Shown: positions 33,294 through 34,620 of the stretch, piece by piece | Position numbering within the stretch: position 1 is the stretch's first letter | Layout: every line of letters starts with the position of its first letter | NCBI RefSeq assembly: GCF_001194135.2 | Contig: NC_068984.1 | Span: forward strand, 92,526,384 to 92,561,003 | Direction: 5' to 3' | Origin: Octopus bimaculoides | Taxonomy: Eukaryota | Length of the DNA: 34,620 nt | The notes under the pieces: generated by a model | The model's input: only the letters and a program-made list of their open reading frames with translations | Told to the model about the DNA's origin: nothing | The model's database searches: none | Translations under genes and position numbers: made by a program

Positions 33294-34620
33294 CTTAATA
33301 AAGAGAATGAATGGGAGGAAGAGAGTCTGCCGCATGTCGACCCAACAGAGGGACCAGCTATCCTTATTAACAGTACCTTGATAGATAAAGCGATCAAGAG
33401 TATGAAGACAGGGAAAGCCCCCCGCCCATCAGGAACCACTGCAGAGATGCTCAAAATATCTGGCAGTGTCAGCTATAGCCTAGTCACCCATATAGTTAAC
33501 CAGATGATACACGGAGGAGTCATACCCAATGACTGGTGTAGCAGCACCATAGTCAACTGCTACAAAGGTAAAAGTGACGCTCTAGACACAAACAATTATA
33601 GAGGTATCAAGTTGTTGGACCAGGTAATAAAGGTCATGGCCCAACAAATTAGGGAGAGAGTCAGTTTAGATGAGATGCAGTTTGGGTTCGTTCCAGGAAA
33701 AAGCACCACTGATGCTATATTTCTGGTAAGACAGCTGCAGGAGAAATACCTAGCCAAAGATAAACCTCTGTACCAGGCTTTCGTTGACATGGAGAAAGCC
33801 TTTGACAGGGTCCCCTGATCCCTCATCTAGTGGTCAATGGGGATAGATTAGTGGTTAGTGAGAGATGTGCAAGCCATGTACAGGGATGCTGTCAGTAAGG
33901 TGAGGGTTGGTGATGAGTACAGTGAAGAATTCCGGGTTGAGGTAGGGGTCCACTAAGGTTCAGTCCTCAGCCCCCTCCTATTTATCATAGTCCTCCAGGC
34001 AATAACACAGGAATTCAAGACGGGAAGCCCCTGGGAGCTCCTCTATGCTCATGACCTTGCCCTAATTGCTGAGTCACTATCAGAACTAGAGGAGAAGTTT
34101 CAGGTGTGGAAGCAAGGACTAGACTCAAAGGGCCTTAGAGTCGACCTAGCTAAAACCAAAGTTCTAATAAGTAGGAAGGTAGACAAAACACAAACCCCTT
34201 CAGGTAGATGGCCTGCTCGATCTGTAGAAAAGGCGTAGGTAGAAACTCCGTAAGATGTATCCAGTGTAAGCTATGGACACATAAGAGGTGCAGCAATATC
34301 AAAGGAAGGCTAACTAGCAAGATAGTTTTTGTATGTGGCAGATGCTCAGGAGCAATAAACACTGAAAATGTGCAGAAAACAACCTTTGCCACACCCCAGG
34401 GAGAAAAACTAGAAGTAGTTGATAGCTTCCGCTACCTAGGTGACCAAGTTTGTAGTGGGGGAGGGTGCACTGAAAGTGTAGCTGCTAGAATAAGAATAGC
34501 CTGGGCAAAGTTCAGAGAGCTCTTACCTCTGCTGGTGACAAAGGGCCTCTCACTCAGAGTAAAAGGCAGACTGTATGATGCATGTGTATGAACAGCCATG
34601 CTACATGGCAGTGAAACATG
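33291..34620 (+). mobile_element. RTE-clade LINE, 5'-truncated, RT region (pseudogenised), continues off the window edge
   Basis: AIKSMKTGKAP, NYRGIKLL, MQFGFVPGKSTTDAIF, AFVDMEKAFDRVP, GVH*GSVLSP, LLYAHDL (YADD site) and FRYLGD. In-frame stops and a frameshift near 34208. Confidence 0.95.

Noticed and set aside
33185-33350. Identical 60-nt duplication (33185-33244 = 33291-33350), each copy preceded by (TA)n
   Set aside because: It flanks a 10-N gap and is most likely an unmerged contig overlap, not biology.

Overview
AT-rich eukaryotic DNA, inferred to be from an octopus/cephalopod genome (tRNA/CORE-type SINEs resembling octopus families, RTE LINEs, dense microsatellites, six N gaps). There is no intact long gene and nothing prokaryotic such as CRISPR or operons. 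The window looks like the inside of a large plus-strand host gene: about 4-6 small candidate exons form a phase-consistent chain, but I cannot name the product. Its introns are filled with decayed mobile elements: a TIR-bounded hAT/Buster transposon, DD37D (maT) mariners, Helitron/Helentron-like elements (one carrying a PIF1-helicase fragment), R4/Dong-, Hero-, RTE- and CR1-like LINEs, several SINEs and many Penelope-like elements (Naiad-type and Neptune-type). The most notable observations are: (1) a near-canonical minimal type I hammerhead ribozyme at 18720-18764, at the end of a CpG-rich Penelope-like terminal repeat; (2) two short templated insertions into Penelope-like copies that match the Helitron cluster lying between them; (3) a tandem array of truncated Naiad-type copies; (4) a C4HC3 PHD-like finger inside the RTE reverse transcriptase; (5) a 4 x ~65-nt structured repeat in an RTE 3' UTR. 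All alignments and translations were done by eye; family assignments come from recalled motifs, not database searches.
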